From Geosiphon pyriformis uo1 (Eukaryota > Fungi > Glomeromycota), in NCBI GenBank assembly GCA_016748015.1, contig JAAOMT010000109.1, forward strand, positions 21,820 to 85,819: 64,000 nt of DNA, in the 5' to 3' direction. Below, in pieces: positions 48,994 to 62,717 of the stretch. The notes below the pieces were generated by a model that made no database searches, was not told where the DNA came from, and saw nothing but the letters and a program-made list of their open reading frames with translations. The position numbers and the translations under genes are program-made. The stretch's first letter is position 1. Each line of letters opens with the position of its first letter.

Positions 48994-51900
48994 GCAGATA
49001 TAGTAATAAGTAAAAATTTAAGTACAATCACTAATGATAAAACTATTATAGAAGCAATGTTTATAGATTTGTCAATAGTTTTTAAATTGAAAAACAATTT
49101 AATAAGTTTTTCAAATACAGTTATAAGTTTTTTAGCCAAAATAAACAATCTTGTTTTGGGCTCAAACATTTTCTCCTATCAATAATCAATTTGGTATAAA
49201 AGTTTACTATGTGTAATATTCAAGATGTCAATGTTTCTACAAAGCAGAAAAATGTTGTTTGCTAATATTTAAATTTAAGTAATATGATTTTAATTATTAC
49301 AGAAACAAAATTAAAGTCTAATATTAAGCCATAAATTATAAACAAATTTGATAGAATGCAAATTTTTACATCTAATATGAATAAAATTTTTTTTAGAGCT
49401 AATATAACAATTATTATGAACAATTCTCAGACTTGGCATGTTTTTAGAATAGAAATAACTTCTGATTGCATTGTTTCTATATGGCTTCTTTTCAAGAGCA
49501 AGTTTTTGGTTGTAATTTTTGGTTTGTATGCTGATGCTTCTATTGAGATCAGATTTGGTCTAGCTTTAAAAGTTAATTTTTTCATAGTTAAAACAGTTAA
49601 CTTTAGCAGTTTTGTGATTTTAGGAAGAATTTTTAATGAAAATAGATTTAAAAAAAATGTGAGTTTCAAGTTCTGTTTGGATTTGGGTTTGGTTAATATA
49701 TTTAATAAACATTTATTGGTTAAAATTTCTACTTAAAACAACTTAAAAGGTGTTAAAAAAGTTATTGATTATATTTTTATAAGTAAGAGTCTGTTATTTG
49801 CAGTTGTTAGTTATAGGGTCAATTTTGTATTTGAATTCTTTAATACTGATTACAAAGCTGTTTTGGTTTTAATTGATTTGAACAGTCTTTTAGATATTTA
49901 ATTAAATAGTATAAAAAAGCAGTCTAACAAGAATTGCTAAAAGTTTAGAATTAAAAACACAGATAAAATCAAGTGAATCTGTTTTAAAAAATGCATTTCT
50001 AATAGAATATTAACTTTGGCAGATATGTTTATAAAGTTAGAAGTTTTTAGAGATTTGAATTTAATATGAGAGATGTTAAAAAAAGTGATAATAAATTTAG
50101 CTGATAAAATTTTTTTAAACATTGGTTCAGTGTTTTTTATTGCTTGAAGAACAAATATTTATCAAAATTTTTCAAGTTAAAACTGCTAACTGCTAAGATG
50201 ACTAAGGCTTTAAGATCAGAAAATATGTCTAAATTGGAATTTTTACTTTACACTTGGCTGCTTATTAATAAAAACAGAGTCTTGGAGGTGTAAAACTTGA
50301 TTTAAAATAATGCCAAGTTGATGGAAGTTTTCAGCTGTTTGGTTGATATATGAAAAAGTTATTACAAGTCCAAAATACATGAATCTAAGACTTTTGAAAA
50401 AGCTGTTATTAAGTATATAATTAAGAAAAGAATGGAAAACTTTTGTTTAAACAAAGACTATATGATCAAAAATATATTAAAAAAGCTTTTTTATAAAGTA
50501 ATATTAAATTATTTGGTGGTTAATAATAAATTAGTTCTTGAGCTTAAGAATGTTAAGGCTAAAGTTGATACTATTATGGAAAGCTGGATCAGGAGATATA
50601 TAATTTATAAGTCTTTGTCTAAGCTTTAGACTAATTAATATGCTTTTTTAATTCATGTGAAAGATAATGTATTTTCAAATATTATGAAAGTTATTAATTT
50701 TGGAGAATTGTTGCAAGTAGTTAAAGATTTGTCAAATGAAAAAACTGTTAGTTTAAATGACATTTCTAATAAACTGTAAAAACATTGTAATGATAATATT
50801 CTTAAGTGTTTTTTGGATTTCTTGAATATATATTTGATTGTAGATATGGTTTCAGCTTTGTAAAAAAGAGTATAAGTTTCAATAATACTTAAGTCTTACA
50901 AGTAGAATAGAATTTTAATAAACATTCATCCTATTGCTTTGATTGAAATGGCCAAAAAAATTTTTTCTAAGATTCTCTTAAGTTGGATTTTTTTTGTCTG
51001 CAGTTATTTTGGTATACTTTGTGAAAACAACTTTTTTGTCTTGAAAAATATTTCAACACAATTACCTATTTTTGTTGTTAGGTTTGTAGTTAAGAATGCT
51101 TTGGAAAAGAACAGAAAAATTTGCTTGGTTTTGCAAAATATGCAAAAAATGTATGATTTTTTTGGCTGGGCTCATTTAAAAGCTAGTTTGCAGTATATTA
51201 AAATGTGCAAAAAGTTTATTAAATTTTTTGGTTCTATTTATAAAAATAGAATAAATAAAGTAATGATAGATTTTCTAATAGTTATTGAATACATAATGAT
51301 CTGGATTAGAGTGAGATGTTTTCCTCTTTTTTTTAAAAAATTTTTTATAATTCTTTTTTATACAAAATAAAAAAACATAAACATTTGTGTAGATATTATA
51401 TTAACTCTAGTTTTGTGGCTAAGACAAATAAAATTGAGACCAAGAATAAGAGAACTTTTTTTTTTGCAGCTGGTGTTTTTGTTAATAACACTATCTGGAT
51501 TGGAAACAATTAGATATCTATATAATATATATTAGACATTGTTAATAAATTTTTTTGATTAATAACATTTCAAATAACAATAATAAAACTGTGACTATTT
51601 TTATTAGTAATTTACCAATCTCAATTGTCAAAAGTAATAAGCCATATAAGTACTTGGGAATATTTTTGTCAACTAAAGATTTATTCAAACTTAGTATAAT
51701 TAAGACTTATTCTAATGTCAAATTTTTTTCTAATGTGGTGTTAAAAAAAACAATCACTAATAAACAGTTTTCATATTTTGTGTTAGCAGTTTTGTAATCT
51801 ATTATTGGCTACTAATTACAGTTTAGTTTTGTTTCATCTAGTATGTGTTGTAAATATAATATCATAATTAGGAAGAATCTTAAACTAAAGATTAATTTGC

Positions 51901-53911
51901 TAAAAAACTTTTTCAACAAGGCTTTATATTATCTGTTTTTATATAATTTGAAGCCTTTTAAGCAGATTTAGGCTAAAGGAAAGTTAACTTTATTAGTTAC
52001 TTTTTCTAATGCCTTTTGTATTTTTGCACATCTGTTTAAACACAAATTTTTGGATTTGCAGGTCTTGAAATGAGCTTTCTTAAATTTTTTGCAATTTTTT
52101 ATTAAACTATATATTAGTTTAGTAAACAATTTTTTAGCTGGAATAGTAAAGATTTTTTTGTTTAATAAGTTGTTTATTGTAAACAATCTGCCTACTGTAT
52201 TTCACAGTTTAGAGAAGTTTTTAATATTAAATATTTTGAATGTATCTTTGTATTATAATTCTGTATGCTCTTTAAAGCAGTTTGGTGTCATGTTTAATAA
52301 CAGATTCTTGGACAAAAAAAATAGTATAATGGATTAGAAAACTTTTTGACAGTAGAAAAAATTAAATTCCAAAAGCTTTATGTCTTATTAATTCGACTTG
52401 GTTTTAAGGTTTTTGTATAATAATAGTGCTCTGGAAGTAAATTTTATAAAGATTAATGGTTTTTTTAGCATAAATGTTTTGAAATTTGTTGGGTTTTTTG
52501 AAATACATGATAGTTTGCTAAAGATTTGGTTAAATATTATTGAAGTGTACACAGATGATTTTCTGAAAAATATAAGTTTAGTTAAGATTGTTAATAGGAC
52601 TGTAACATATTTTTTAGCAGTGAATATAGATGTTAATGTTGTGATTTATAAGCTTTTATTCTCTACAATGGCCAAATTGCAGACTATGGCTTTGTCTTTA
52701 GAGTGTGTTTTATTTTTTTGTGTAGTAATAGTGCATTTAAACAGTTAAACTATTATTAATATATGTGTTTCTAAGATTAAGTTAGCTGTATTAGATTTTT
52801 GCAATTGATGTTAGATAAAATAAAAACATATTGCCAAATTAATAAAAATTAGGAATCTCTCAGTTTAGTGAGTAAAAATTAAAAGTTATTTGGGTGTTTT
52901 TGGCAATATTAAGACTGATTCTTTGGTAAAAGTAACTGCTTTTTTTTTCTTCTTTTTGTCAGTTAGTGGTTGAACATTTTGTTATGGCTAATAGCATAGC
53001 TGTATTTGGCAATACCTGCTATTTTCTTTATAATATTTATAAATCAATTAATTGTTCTTAATACAAGATCAGTTTTGATTGCAATATTATCTTTGGTATA
53101 TTAATTAATAAGATAGATTAAATCTCTATTGCTCAAATTTGGACCTTAATTTTTATATGCTTTCTGAATTTACTAGTAAAGAGTTGACCAATCTGTATAC
53201 TTATTTGATAAAAACAGTATATGAGCATTTGCCAGTAATGGCAGAAAAAAATTGTATGACAAATTGTATTCTAAAGTTTTATAAACAAATTGAGTTGTCA
53301 GATTACATCTTTATTTGTGTTAGTGATGTTAATATTTAAAAAAATATTTTGTTAAGAACTTCAGATATATAGATTTTGTTAGTTGAAATCTGTGGCTTTT
53401 TATCTGCTATTTTAAAAACTCTGTCTAAATGCTTATTAAATACAAGATTGTATACTGTAATTTATAAAGACTTTATGTTAAAGCACTAATGCAGTGAAAT
53501 TATTGCAGTCCTTAAAAAAAAGGAAAATTGTAGAAAAACATTGTTTAAAGATTTAGTTTGTAAAATTTAGGCATAGGGTAGATATAAAAAAAGCTAATTT
53601 GATAGATAATAATGGCTTGGTATTTAGATTGTTTTGTAATTTGACTGGAAGTTTATCAGATAGAATAGTTTGTTTGTTTGGTATTATTGATTTTTTTGCT
53701 GTTAGTTTAATAGATTTATGTTATATGTCTTTTTTTCTGGTTTGGATAATTATATTAGTGTTCATATAGATATGTAATATTGTCTTGTTTAGTCTAAATA
53801 GTTAGTTATATATAGCTAATACATAAGTTGTGTTTAATTAAGATTACTAAATTTGGTTCTATATGCTAGATAGTGGTTGGATTTTACTTGTTAAAATATT
53901 AATAAAAAAAA
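48994..53911 (+). mobile_element. LINE-d: ORF1 C-terminus, decayed ORF2 (APE, RT, RNase H), 3' UTR and poly(A)
   Basis: FTMCNIQ, IITETKL, FGLYADAS, LGRIFNE, IDYIFI, NTDYKAV; AAGVFVNNTIW at ~51466-51500; VYTDDFL, STMAKLQ; tail TAATAAAAAAAA at ~53900. Confidence 0.92.
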
Positions 53912-55699
53912 TTTAGACAATATTTTTAAGAAAATTATTAATATATTGATTATAAATTTTGGTATTTCTGTTTTTATAATATCTAAGTTAAAATATTTTA
54001 AAGTTAAATTGATTAAACTTTCAAATTTTTAATATTGTATTATTAAAACTTAATAAAATATTCTTAAAAATAAATTATAAATACTTTTTTTTTAATAATT
54101 AATTTAATTTAAAAAATTATTATATCTGATATTAAAAGTATAAAAAATATTATTAAATAAATTAAAATTAATAAATAATATAAAGATAATTAAAATTTAA
54201 TTATTATAGTTATTAAGACTAAATTAAATTTTAAAATATAAATAAATTTAATAAAAATAAAATTTTTGTTTTTAATTTAAATTTAGTTATTTAAAATTTG
54301 GTATTATTTTTTTTTATTTAATTTTATAAGTATAGTCTAATTGCTATCTAATACATAAAATCTTTTTGTAAAAGAGTTAATTTTTACAACAAAATAACTA
54401 TACATTTTTAATAAACTTCCAAATAAGCAATTTTTAGAAAAGAGTTAATTTTTACTACAAAATAATTACATAAAATAACTGGTATAAATTGGTTATTCTA
54501 CTTATAAGCCTAATAATTCAAATTATAAAAAATAATTTGAAGATAAATTCAGATATTAAAGATTTTATTACTTTTAAAAATATGAATTTACAGCAAATAA
54601 ATATTAATAGCATTTAAAAAAAGAAACCAAAAACCTCTGGTAATACCAAATACAGTTAATTTTTTATTTTATCAAATAAAATATATTACAATAATGCTTT
54701 TTAAACCAAAAATAGATATTTTATTATTATTATTATTATTTAATAAGTGTGACCCAACTACTATTTAGTATACAGAAACATAACAGAAAAATCTAACTAA
54801 ATATGACTCATGCACTTGCTATATATAACTGCTCACTTAAGCCAATTAAAATTATATTATATACTTATAAAAACCTTAGCACTATTATTAATACCTGAAA
54901 AAAAAGTACACATTTTACACAAACCAAAACTAATAGTGAAAGATTTGAAAATACTAAGCAGCTAAATAACTTTCATAAACAGAAGTTCTGACATCTTATC
55001 TAAAGCCATAGAAACTAGATCAATATCTTTAATTAGACTATTCTTTTCTATGCCTGTTCTAAATTTTACTCTAAACAACCACAACTTATTTTAATGTCTC
55101 TTAGCTAAACCACAAACAAAATTAACTACTACTGATAGCACTTTATTCACTCATTTTCTGAAAACAAAATTTTTATACAAAATTATATAGACATTAACAT
55201 CTAAGATTCCAGAAAAGAGTGTATGTAACACTTCAAAAAATGGCATATAGCAACTATTTGTTAAAGATTTTCAAAGTTCAATATAACCTAATAAAATGTT
55301 AACACATATATCAGAGTTTTTTAAATAAGTATAAAGAATAGTGAAAGCCTTGCTCATAAATTCTACCAACATGTGTGAATTCAGATACCAAATCACAACA
55401 ATACCAATTCAATCAATGTCTGCAATTATTAATTTATTTACAATTTTGGCACCAGAACCAGCTTCCTATTAAGCACAATGCACAAACTAATAAACATCCT
55501 AAACAAAATGACAAACATTTTCAAATATGACCTGGTCATTAGCCATGACAAATTTTTTACAAATCTTTACAGAAAAAAACAAACCAAAATATGCTACTTT
55601 ATTTGTCAGAATATCAGTTTTTTCATTATCTGTAATTCCTAAATGACCCTTAATTTTTACTTATTTAACAGAAATATCCTTAGATTTTATTAAATTTGC

Positions 55700-56634
55700 T
55701 GTTATTTATAGAAAAAAGATATAAGAAAAATAGTAAAAAAACAGATAGAAAAAATAGACCAATAAAAAAATAGTATTTGATATGTAAATATATTGCTCAA
55801 TAATATAAATATTATTAAAAAATCATAGCACATTGCTTACTAATGTGAGCATTGTCAAAAAATTATGGCATATTGCTCAGCAACATGAAAATTGTTTAAA
55901 AAATTATAACACATTATTCAAAAATATATAAGATCTCATATAATACAAATTATGTATATATAGCAAGAGTATTAGAAGCAGAAAAGACTAAATTTATTCT
56001 AGAGTTCAGTTCAGAATAAAAATTAAAAATAACCAATTATTCTAATATTTTTTCCTTCAGAAAAAAGGAATATTATAACCTAAAGTGGAATTATTAACAT
56101 TAATAAAATACTTATTATTATCTAATCTATGTTCTTATTATTTGATTAAAAAATCTTAAATCACTTTCACTTTATTAATATTCTATGTTGATAAAATTCA
56201 ATACTTAATTATATTGAACTAATAACTCTTGATTATAGCTATTAATAGGATACAAATTTTTTATTTTTTTTATTTTTATTTATTTTTCTTTGGTTTTGTT
56301 TTGTTGACTTGCTAACTGATTAAAAAAATTAAGCATTGAGTAATTTTAACATAAAAAATAGTCTGGTAAAAGACCCATAAAACAAGGGTAAGGAATTTAC
56401 AAAATTAAAAATAGTTTACCAAAAGAACATGACTGTTAAAATAAACTGGTCATCACGCTAAAAAAAAAATTCACAAAATAAACTTCTAGAAGAGTACTAA
56501 AACAATTATTAAATCTTTATATTATACAAAAAACTCAACCAAAATTTTCAGATATTACTATTATCAACAAGCTATTAAGCATCAAGTTATGGGTTTGTTA
56601 TTTGTACCAACATCTTAAATAATTATCTGTAATA
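55700..56634 (+). mobile_element. Solo LTR related to family A (935 bp), 4-bp TSD
   Basis: TGTTAT...GTAATA ends. TSD TTGC/TTAT restores LINE RNase H codons HIANLIK. 3' half homologous to the family A LTR (CTGGTAAAAGACCC, CAAGTTAT..GTTTGTTATTTG, AAATAATTATCTGTAA). Confidence 0.9.
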
Positions 56635-59600
56635 TTATAATATGATATCTCTTTATCCAGTACTTATTTTAAAAGTCCAGCTAACTAAACATAAGTTTTA
56701 AAATACATGTATTTAATACTATTTAACTGTTTAAGTATACAACAACAAAGCAAGCCAAAAAAACACACTTCAAAACCAAAACAACTGCCTAAAACTTAGT
56801 CAATATAGAAGACAACAAACTATGTATCATAATACTTATACTTATTTTAATATTCAAAAAATAAGCTGTTATCCCACCAGCAATCTCTAATATACTTAAG
56901 TGTTTCAAAGAATCATTTATGTATATATTGAAAATATCTGTTCACAATTCATACAAACAATTTTGAACATTTAAAAAAGCATCTGAACACAACAGATCTA
57001 AACAACCCAAAGCAGAAACTATTATATTAGAAACAACTAAAAGTATGCTCATATAAACTGAAGCTTTTTCGAACTATAATAGCATCAGATTCCTAGGATT
57101 CAATTTCTTTTAGCAACAAAAGATCTTTTACTTCATCAAAAATCCACACTTATCCAATAATTTGTTTTTAAAGACAGCACTAAAACATTTTAGAAAATAA
57201 ACCACACTAAAATAAAAGCAATTTTCCAAAATTTTTGATATAAAAAAATGGCCAGAACCATAGAACACACTAAAAAAACTATTAGCCAAGAAGATCTTGT
57301 TGTCCAATAAAACTCTTATCATGTTCACAAGAAAGTTATTTAAAGAATTAATTACTAATTTAACAGAATACTGTAAAAAATTTATTAAAGCTTATTCCAA
57401 AACTTGCAAATCCAAAAAATAATGCTCAAACAACTACTTTATAATCTTAAGTAAATTAAAAAACACTATTAGTGCAGCAATCTTACTCTTAGCTTGTAAT
57501 TGTGTAAATGTTTTTAAATCATAAAAAGATGAGTGATATAAAGTCTCATTGAAAAAATCTTTGGGCAAATTGGCTTTTAATCTCAGCTTCTTTCTCATTA
57601 TAACATTTCATCTCTGACACACCATCTTAGAAACAAAGCTGAACTGTATCTAGTAATTAACAATAAACTACAAGACAGCTAAAACCAGATACAAAAATTG
57701 TTTATCTGATAAAATCTTTTTAAAAACCAAATTTGAAAAGAATTTGACATTAAATTGCACTTTAACAAGATTAAGTTTGGATATACTCTTCATTGACAAA
57801 TATATTTCCAAATATCTATGATGTTTATTATGCTTGGCTATAGAAATAAATTAATCATAAATATACAAAAATGTAATCTTGATTCTCTAATTAATAAAAA
57901 TTGCCACTGTCTTGTTATTGTTAATAAAAATATTATTTATCTCAAAAAACTTACTAGTAATGTTCAAAATGCATTGTGTCAAAGCCTGATCATTCTCCAT
58001 TCAAATTGTCTGTTTTTGCCATAAAGTTCATATTAATCTTGTAATTACACAATTGTTTCTGCCTTTTCATCTCACACAACAAAAGATCATAAAAAATTTT
58101 CCATAAGAATGATAAAAACACTTTACCTTAATCTAGTTCATTTAACACTTTGTAACTATATGAAAGACCAAAATCAGTTATTACTTTGTTGACTCTGTCT
58201 TTATGTATATATTCAAAAAATCTTATAAATTTGTTACACATTCTAATATATTTCAAACTAGCTTTTAGATAATATTATTCAACTAAATCATATGTCTTTT
58301 ACATGTTTTGAAGGATGAGCCAAACTTTTTAGCTCTTTTTTAGAGCATCTTCTACTATTGAACCAATAGCAAACACAGAAAATTAAGTCAAAATATTCTT
58401 TAAAACAGAAAAGTTGTTACCACAAAAGATATTATATTTTAAACAAAAAAAGAAAATGCAATCCAATAAAATTTTCAACAAAATTTTTCTAGTCATTTCA
58501 ATCAGAGCAATAGGCTATGTATTTATTAAGACACTATTTCACTTATATGACTTGGAAATTATTAAGATCCATGCTCTTTTCTAAAAATTTGAAACTTTTC
58601 CAAGAGATAAACAAGAATTTAGTAGACTTAAAAGACTTTTTAACATTACTTCTTTATAATGCTTTCATAGTTTATTTGATATTCCAAACAAATTAGCCAC
58701 TTTGTTATCAGACAAGTTATTAACAACTTGAATCAATTCACTCATACTAATCACATCTATAATACCAGAAAAAGTATTTTTACCAATATAACTTAAGAAT
58801 GCATATTGGCAAGACCACATAGCAAGAAGCACCAATAATACTTTATACTTTTTTATTTAATCTACCATAATACTATTTACTTTGTTTTTAATCTTATTTA
58901 GTTTCAGAATCAATTTATTCTTAATTACCAAATGATTCAAAACAACTTTGTAAAAAAGTCATTTCAAAACATTTCTTATCATACTGCCTTTGTTTGAATT
59001 GAAATTGTCTATCTACTTCTCAATTGCTTTTTTAATGGTTGTATTTTTAGCTGCTTTTAGTTTATAGTATTTCAATTTTCTGCATCTTTTTCTAATCAAA
59101 GACAGCTGTCTTAATATTTCATTTATGTTTATGCTTTCACAAATTATAACAAAAATTTTAGAAGTCTTCTTATTATTCAGACTTGATTATTTCTTAATAA
59201 GATGATTATAATTGGATGTATTGCCTAAATTTACACTTTTTATTATTTTCAAAATTAATATTTCTAGATTATAAAACTTCGAAGACTGTTTATTTTTTTT
59301 ATGCCCAAATTTACTGAACTATTGTTTAAAAAATTTCTCATTTGTTGAGTTGACCATTATCTCTCTCAAAATTTCCCATATAGCATTCAGATCTCCTAAA
59401 TTTTTTGTAATATCAAAACTATCTAAAACTTCCAACAAACCAGTAAAAACATTATTTTAAAAACTAGACTATTTAGTATCATTCAAATTTTTAACTCTAA
59501 ACTTCTAATAGTTCCTATTAGTTTGCTTACAAACTGCAAGCAGATACTTATTTAATAGACCACCAAGGCCAAGAAAAACTGTAACAGCTTTGTAATCAGT

Positions 59601-61851
59601 ATTAAAAAATCCAGTCATACTATTAATATTTTGAATTATTACAAAAAAGTAAAGATGTTTATTAACAAAAATATAGTCAATGGTTTTTTTTACACCTCAT
59701 GAATTGGACTATGTTAAAAGCTTAGAAGCCATTCGACTTAAAAGAAAGTTATACAGATCCTGATTAAAACACTTCTTGAAATTAACACTGTGTTTTTTCT
59801 ATCATCATTAAAATTACCACTCAATACAATATAAGTGTTTGAATTAATTGCCTTGACAATAAAAAAATTCATCTTATTGATCTGATCAAACCATACATTA
59901 GTCAAAACACCAGTATACAAATCTATCAACATAACAAAAAGTTTATTGCAAAATAGTAGATGTACTAAAACAAAATAACCTGGAATCTCAAAAATCTTAC
60001 ACACATACTAAGCCAAAAAATTGTTTAACACAATTATTATCTCTGTACTTATGTACTCAGTATTTAAGCCAGAAATAAAAACTTTTATATTCTGAAATTT
60101 ATTTTTAATCTAAGACCTAATCTGATTTTTTAGCTTTGTTTTAGTAAGAAAAGAAACCCAATTATCAGATTCAATATACTACTTAATTATATCTTCTTGC
60201 TTAGCTAAATTGTTCATTTCTTGAATATTACATATAGCAATTTTCCAGACAAAGTCATTTATTGAGAAAAAAAAGATGTTAACAAATCCAAACTAGTGCA
60301 TAACAAATCCAATTTTATTAAAACTGAACTCACAGATATCTCAAGAGCCAACAACTTTAATTCAAGACTGCCTATCTTGGTGGTTAAAATTTTCAAACTA
60401 CTTAAGCCAAAAGCCAAAGCTATATCAATCAAAACTGAAAAAAAGATTATAAAAAGCACTTGCAAAACATTTAGAACCATATTTAAATCTGAATTCAAAC
60501 CTAAAAGTACAATTACAGCAGAAGAAAAGGGTCAAAAAACTGATGCCAAGAGCATCAGATCAATTATGCTTAGCTTTTTTACAATATTTGACATTTAATT
60601 AGCTAAAAATTTCAAAAAATGTTTTAAAAAAGCCAGACAATCATTAATTAAGAAATTATTTTAAACAACTAGTGTTTTTTCTTAATTATTTGAGACACTA
60701 AAAGAAGGAAAACCAGAATCAGAACCAGAACTAAAACAAAAACTACCAAAAAAAGAAACAAATGAAACTACTTGCACCCAAGATTTGCCATTAAAAGCAG
60801 TAGAATAAAAAATCAGAATACTTTTCTTTGCATATAATTTGGCAAACTAAAAACAGATTTCTTTTAAGACAGTTCTTTTATAAAATTTTAGGAGAAACAA
60901 GACTAATACATCTAATATATTATACTTAAGAGCTGAATACCCAAAATAGTCACATTTTTTGTATCAAACCAAATCTATCCTAGTTCATAAAAGTCTTATA
61001 CTACTCAAAATTGGTTCCATGTGAAAGACAAATTTCAGTTTTTTATTTGATTTAAAACAACCCACAGTACAGCAAACCCAATTGTCAGTATTAAGTAAGT
61101 AATTGATAATACATGTTTTCCTATCAGCTCTATTTAATAAAATGCTCAGATTATAAGCCATCATTTTCACAGACAAAATAAACAAAAGTGCTTTAAAATA
61201 ATCTTTAAACATTCAAATATTATAATTACTCATGACCATAGTCACATGCATTGAGTCTTTTCTAATTAAGAACAACTATTTTAATGCCAATTGTTTAGCT
61301 TAACCCAATTTAGTAAATTCTATTACAGCTTTTTGCCATATATTGATAAGTTAAATTTTGATTGACTTAATTTCTTCAAACTCAAATATTGTGATGACAA
61401 TTATTTTTTTTAGCATATCTATGAGAATTTTTTTAATAATTACAGTTCTATATGACTTAATTCTTTGTTTTTTGAGATCAGTGTTTATAGCAATTCTTTT
61501 TTTCTGGCCAATAATATGACTTTTTTCATGCTTTTTCTGAAGTAAATGTTGATTTAATAATTCTTTCAAATTTTGAGAGAATAGTGGCCCTCCTAAAACT
61601 ATTGACAGCTGAGAAAATTTTTTTGATAAACTAAGTCTTTGCTAAAGTCAATTTGCTCTTTACTGCTGAAAGATTAATATCCAGAGCAAATAATTTTTTA
61701 ACAAATACTTCTATTTAACTTTTATCACTTTAAGATCTACCCATCTTCTGTTCAAAGAGATATTAAGAAAAGATCAGAAGGGCCCAGTTTTCATGTCTAT
61801 GTTAAAACTAAAAAAACTAAAAGAAAAATCATAATTTAAACCAGTAATCAC

Positions 61852-62717
61852 TGTTATGAAATGATTTTCTTGGTATATTTAATTGCCAATATCCTATTTT
61901 AATTGCAATCAGTCTCTTGTAAATTTCTCAATTCTATTTGTGTGATAATATTATTGTGATATTGAAGGCTTTCTCTTTAATGTTACAATATAAGTTATTT
62001 TTCAATTTCTAATTATTGTGTGTATTTATGTATTTTTTTTCTAGAAGCTAAACTGAAATCTACTTGCTGTTTGAAGTTTTCTTTGAGGCTATTCTTGCAA
62101 TTGCCTAATGTGTTTCTCTAATCTAAAAATACAGAATGTTAATAGCCTTTAATGCTTTTCTTAATTCTTATCATAAAGTTTTTATCAATTAGTAATAATA
62201 TGAATAATTTTAATTAAGGATTATTCTTCCAAAAATTTAACTAATGAATAATGATTTCATTCAATAAATAATACAAATAAGTTTTTTAATACTTTGAATT
62301 GTAATCATTCAGTTTTCAATATTTTTTTCATTTCTTTTTAATTAAAGATTTTTGTGGATATTTATTTTAAAAGTAAAGATTAGAAAATAATTAAAGTAGA
62401 ATTGTTGAATGAATTTTTTGATAACTTGTTTTTATGATTTGTTGTTTTTCTTAATATTAAAGTTACTGTATATATATATGTTTGTAGTTTTACAAGAAAA
62501 CACATTATAATACTTTTTTTTTGGTATCTCAACCTGGTGTTTGCTACTATTACTAATTGGTATTAATCACTATAGTGAATTAGTGCTTGCCACTATCATA
62601 AGATAGTGTTTGCTATTATATTAATTATTACTTTTCTAGAATTATTACTATGTTATATTATAATTAAATAATTTATATTATTTTATGATTCTTTTGCTAT
62701 ATCTTTGAATCATAACA
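61852..62717 (-). mobile_element. Solo LTR of a third Gypsy-like family (866 bp), 4-bp TSD
   Basis: Perfect 8-bp terminal inverted repeat TGTTATGA...TCATAACA; TSD TCAC/CCAC; interrupts LINE-e ORF1. Minus orientation inferred from the TATA box position and short matches to the family B LTR. Confidence 0.88.

Noticed and set aside
54720-54742. (TTA)n as a telomeric or independent microsatellite
   Set aside because: It directly abuts the LINE-e 3' UTR and is its tail; a similar tail lies at ~63321.
56050-56110. Possible nested PPT plus LTR start (AGAAAAAAGGAA-TATTATAACC) inside the solo LTR
   Set aside because: No matching terminus or TSD found; too short and decayed to support.
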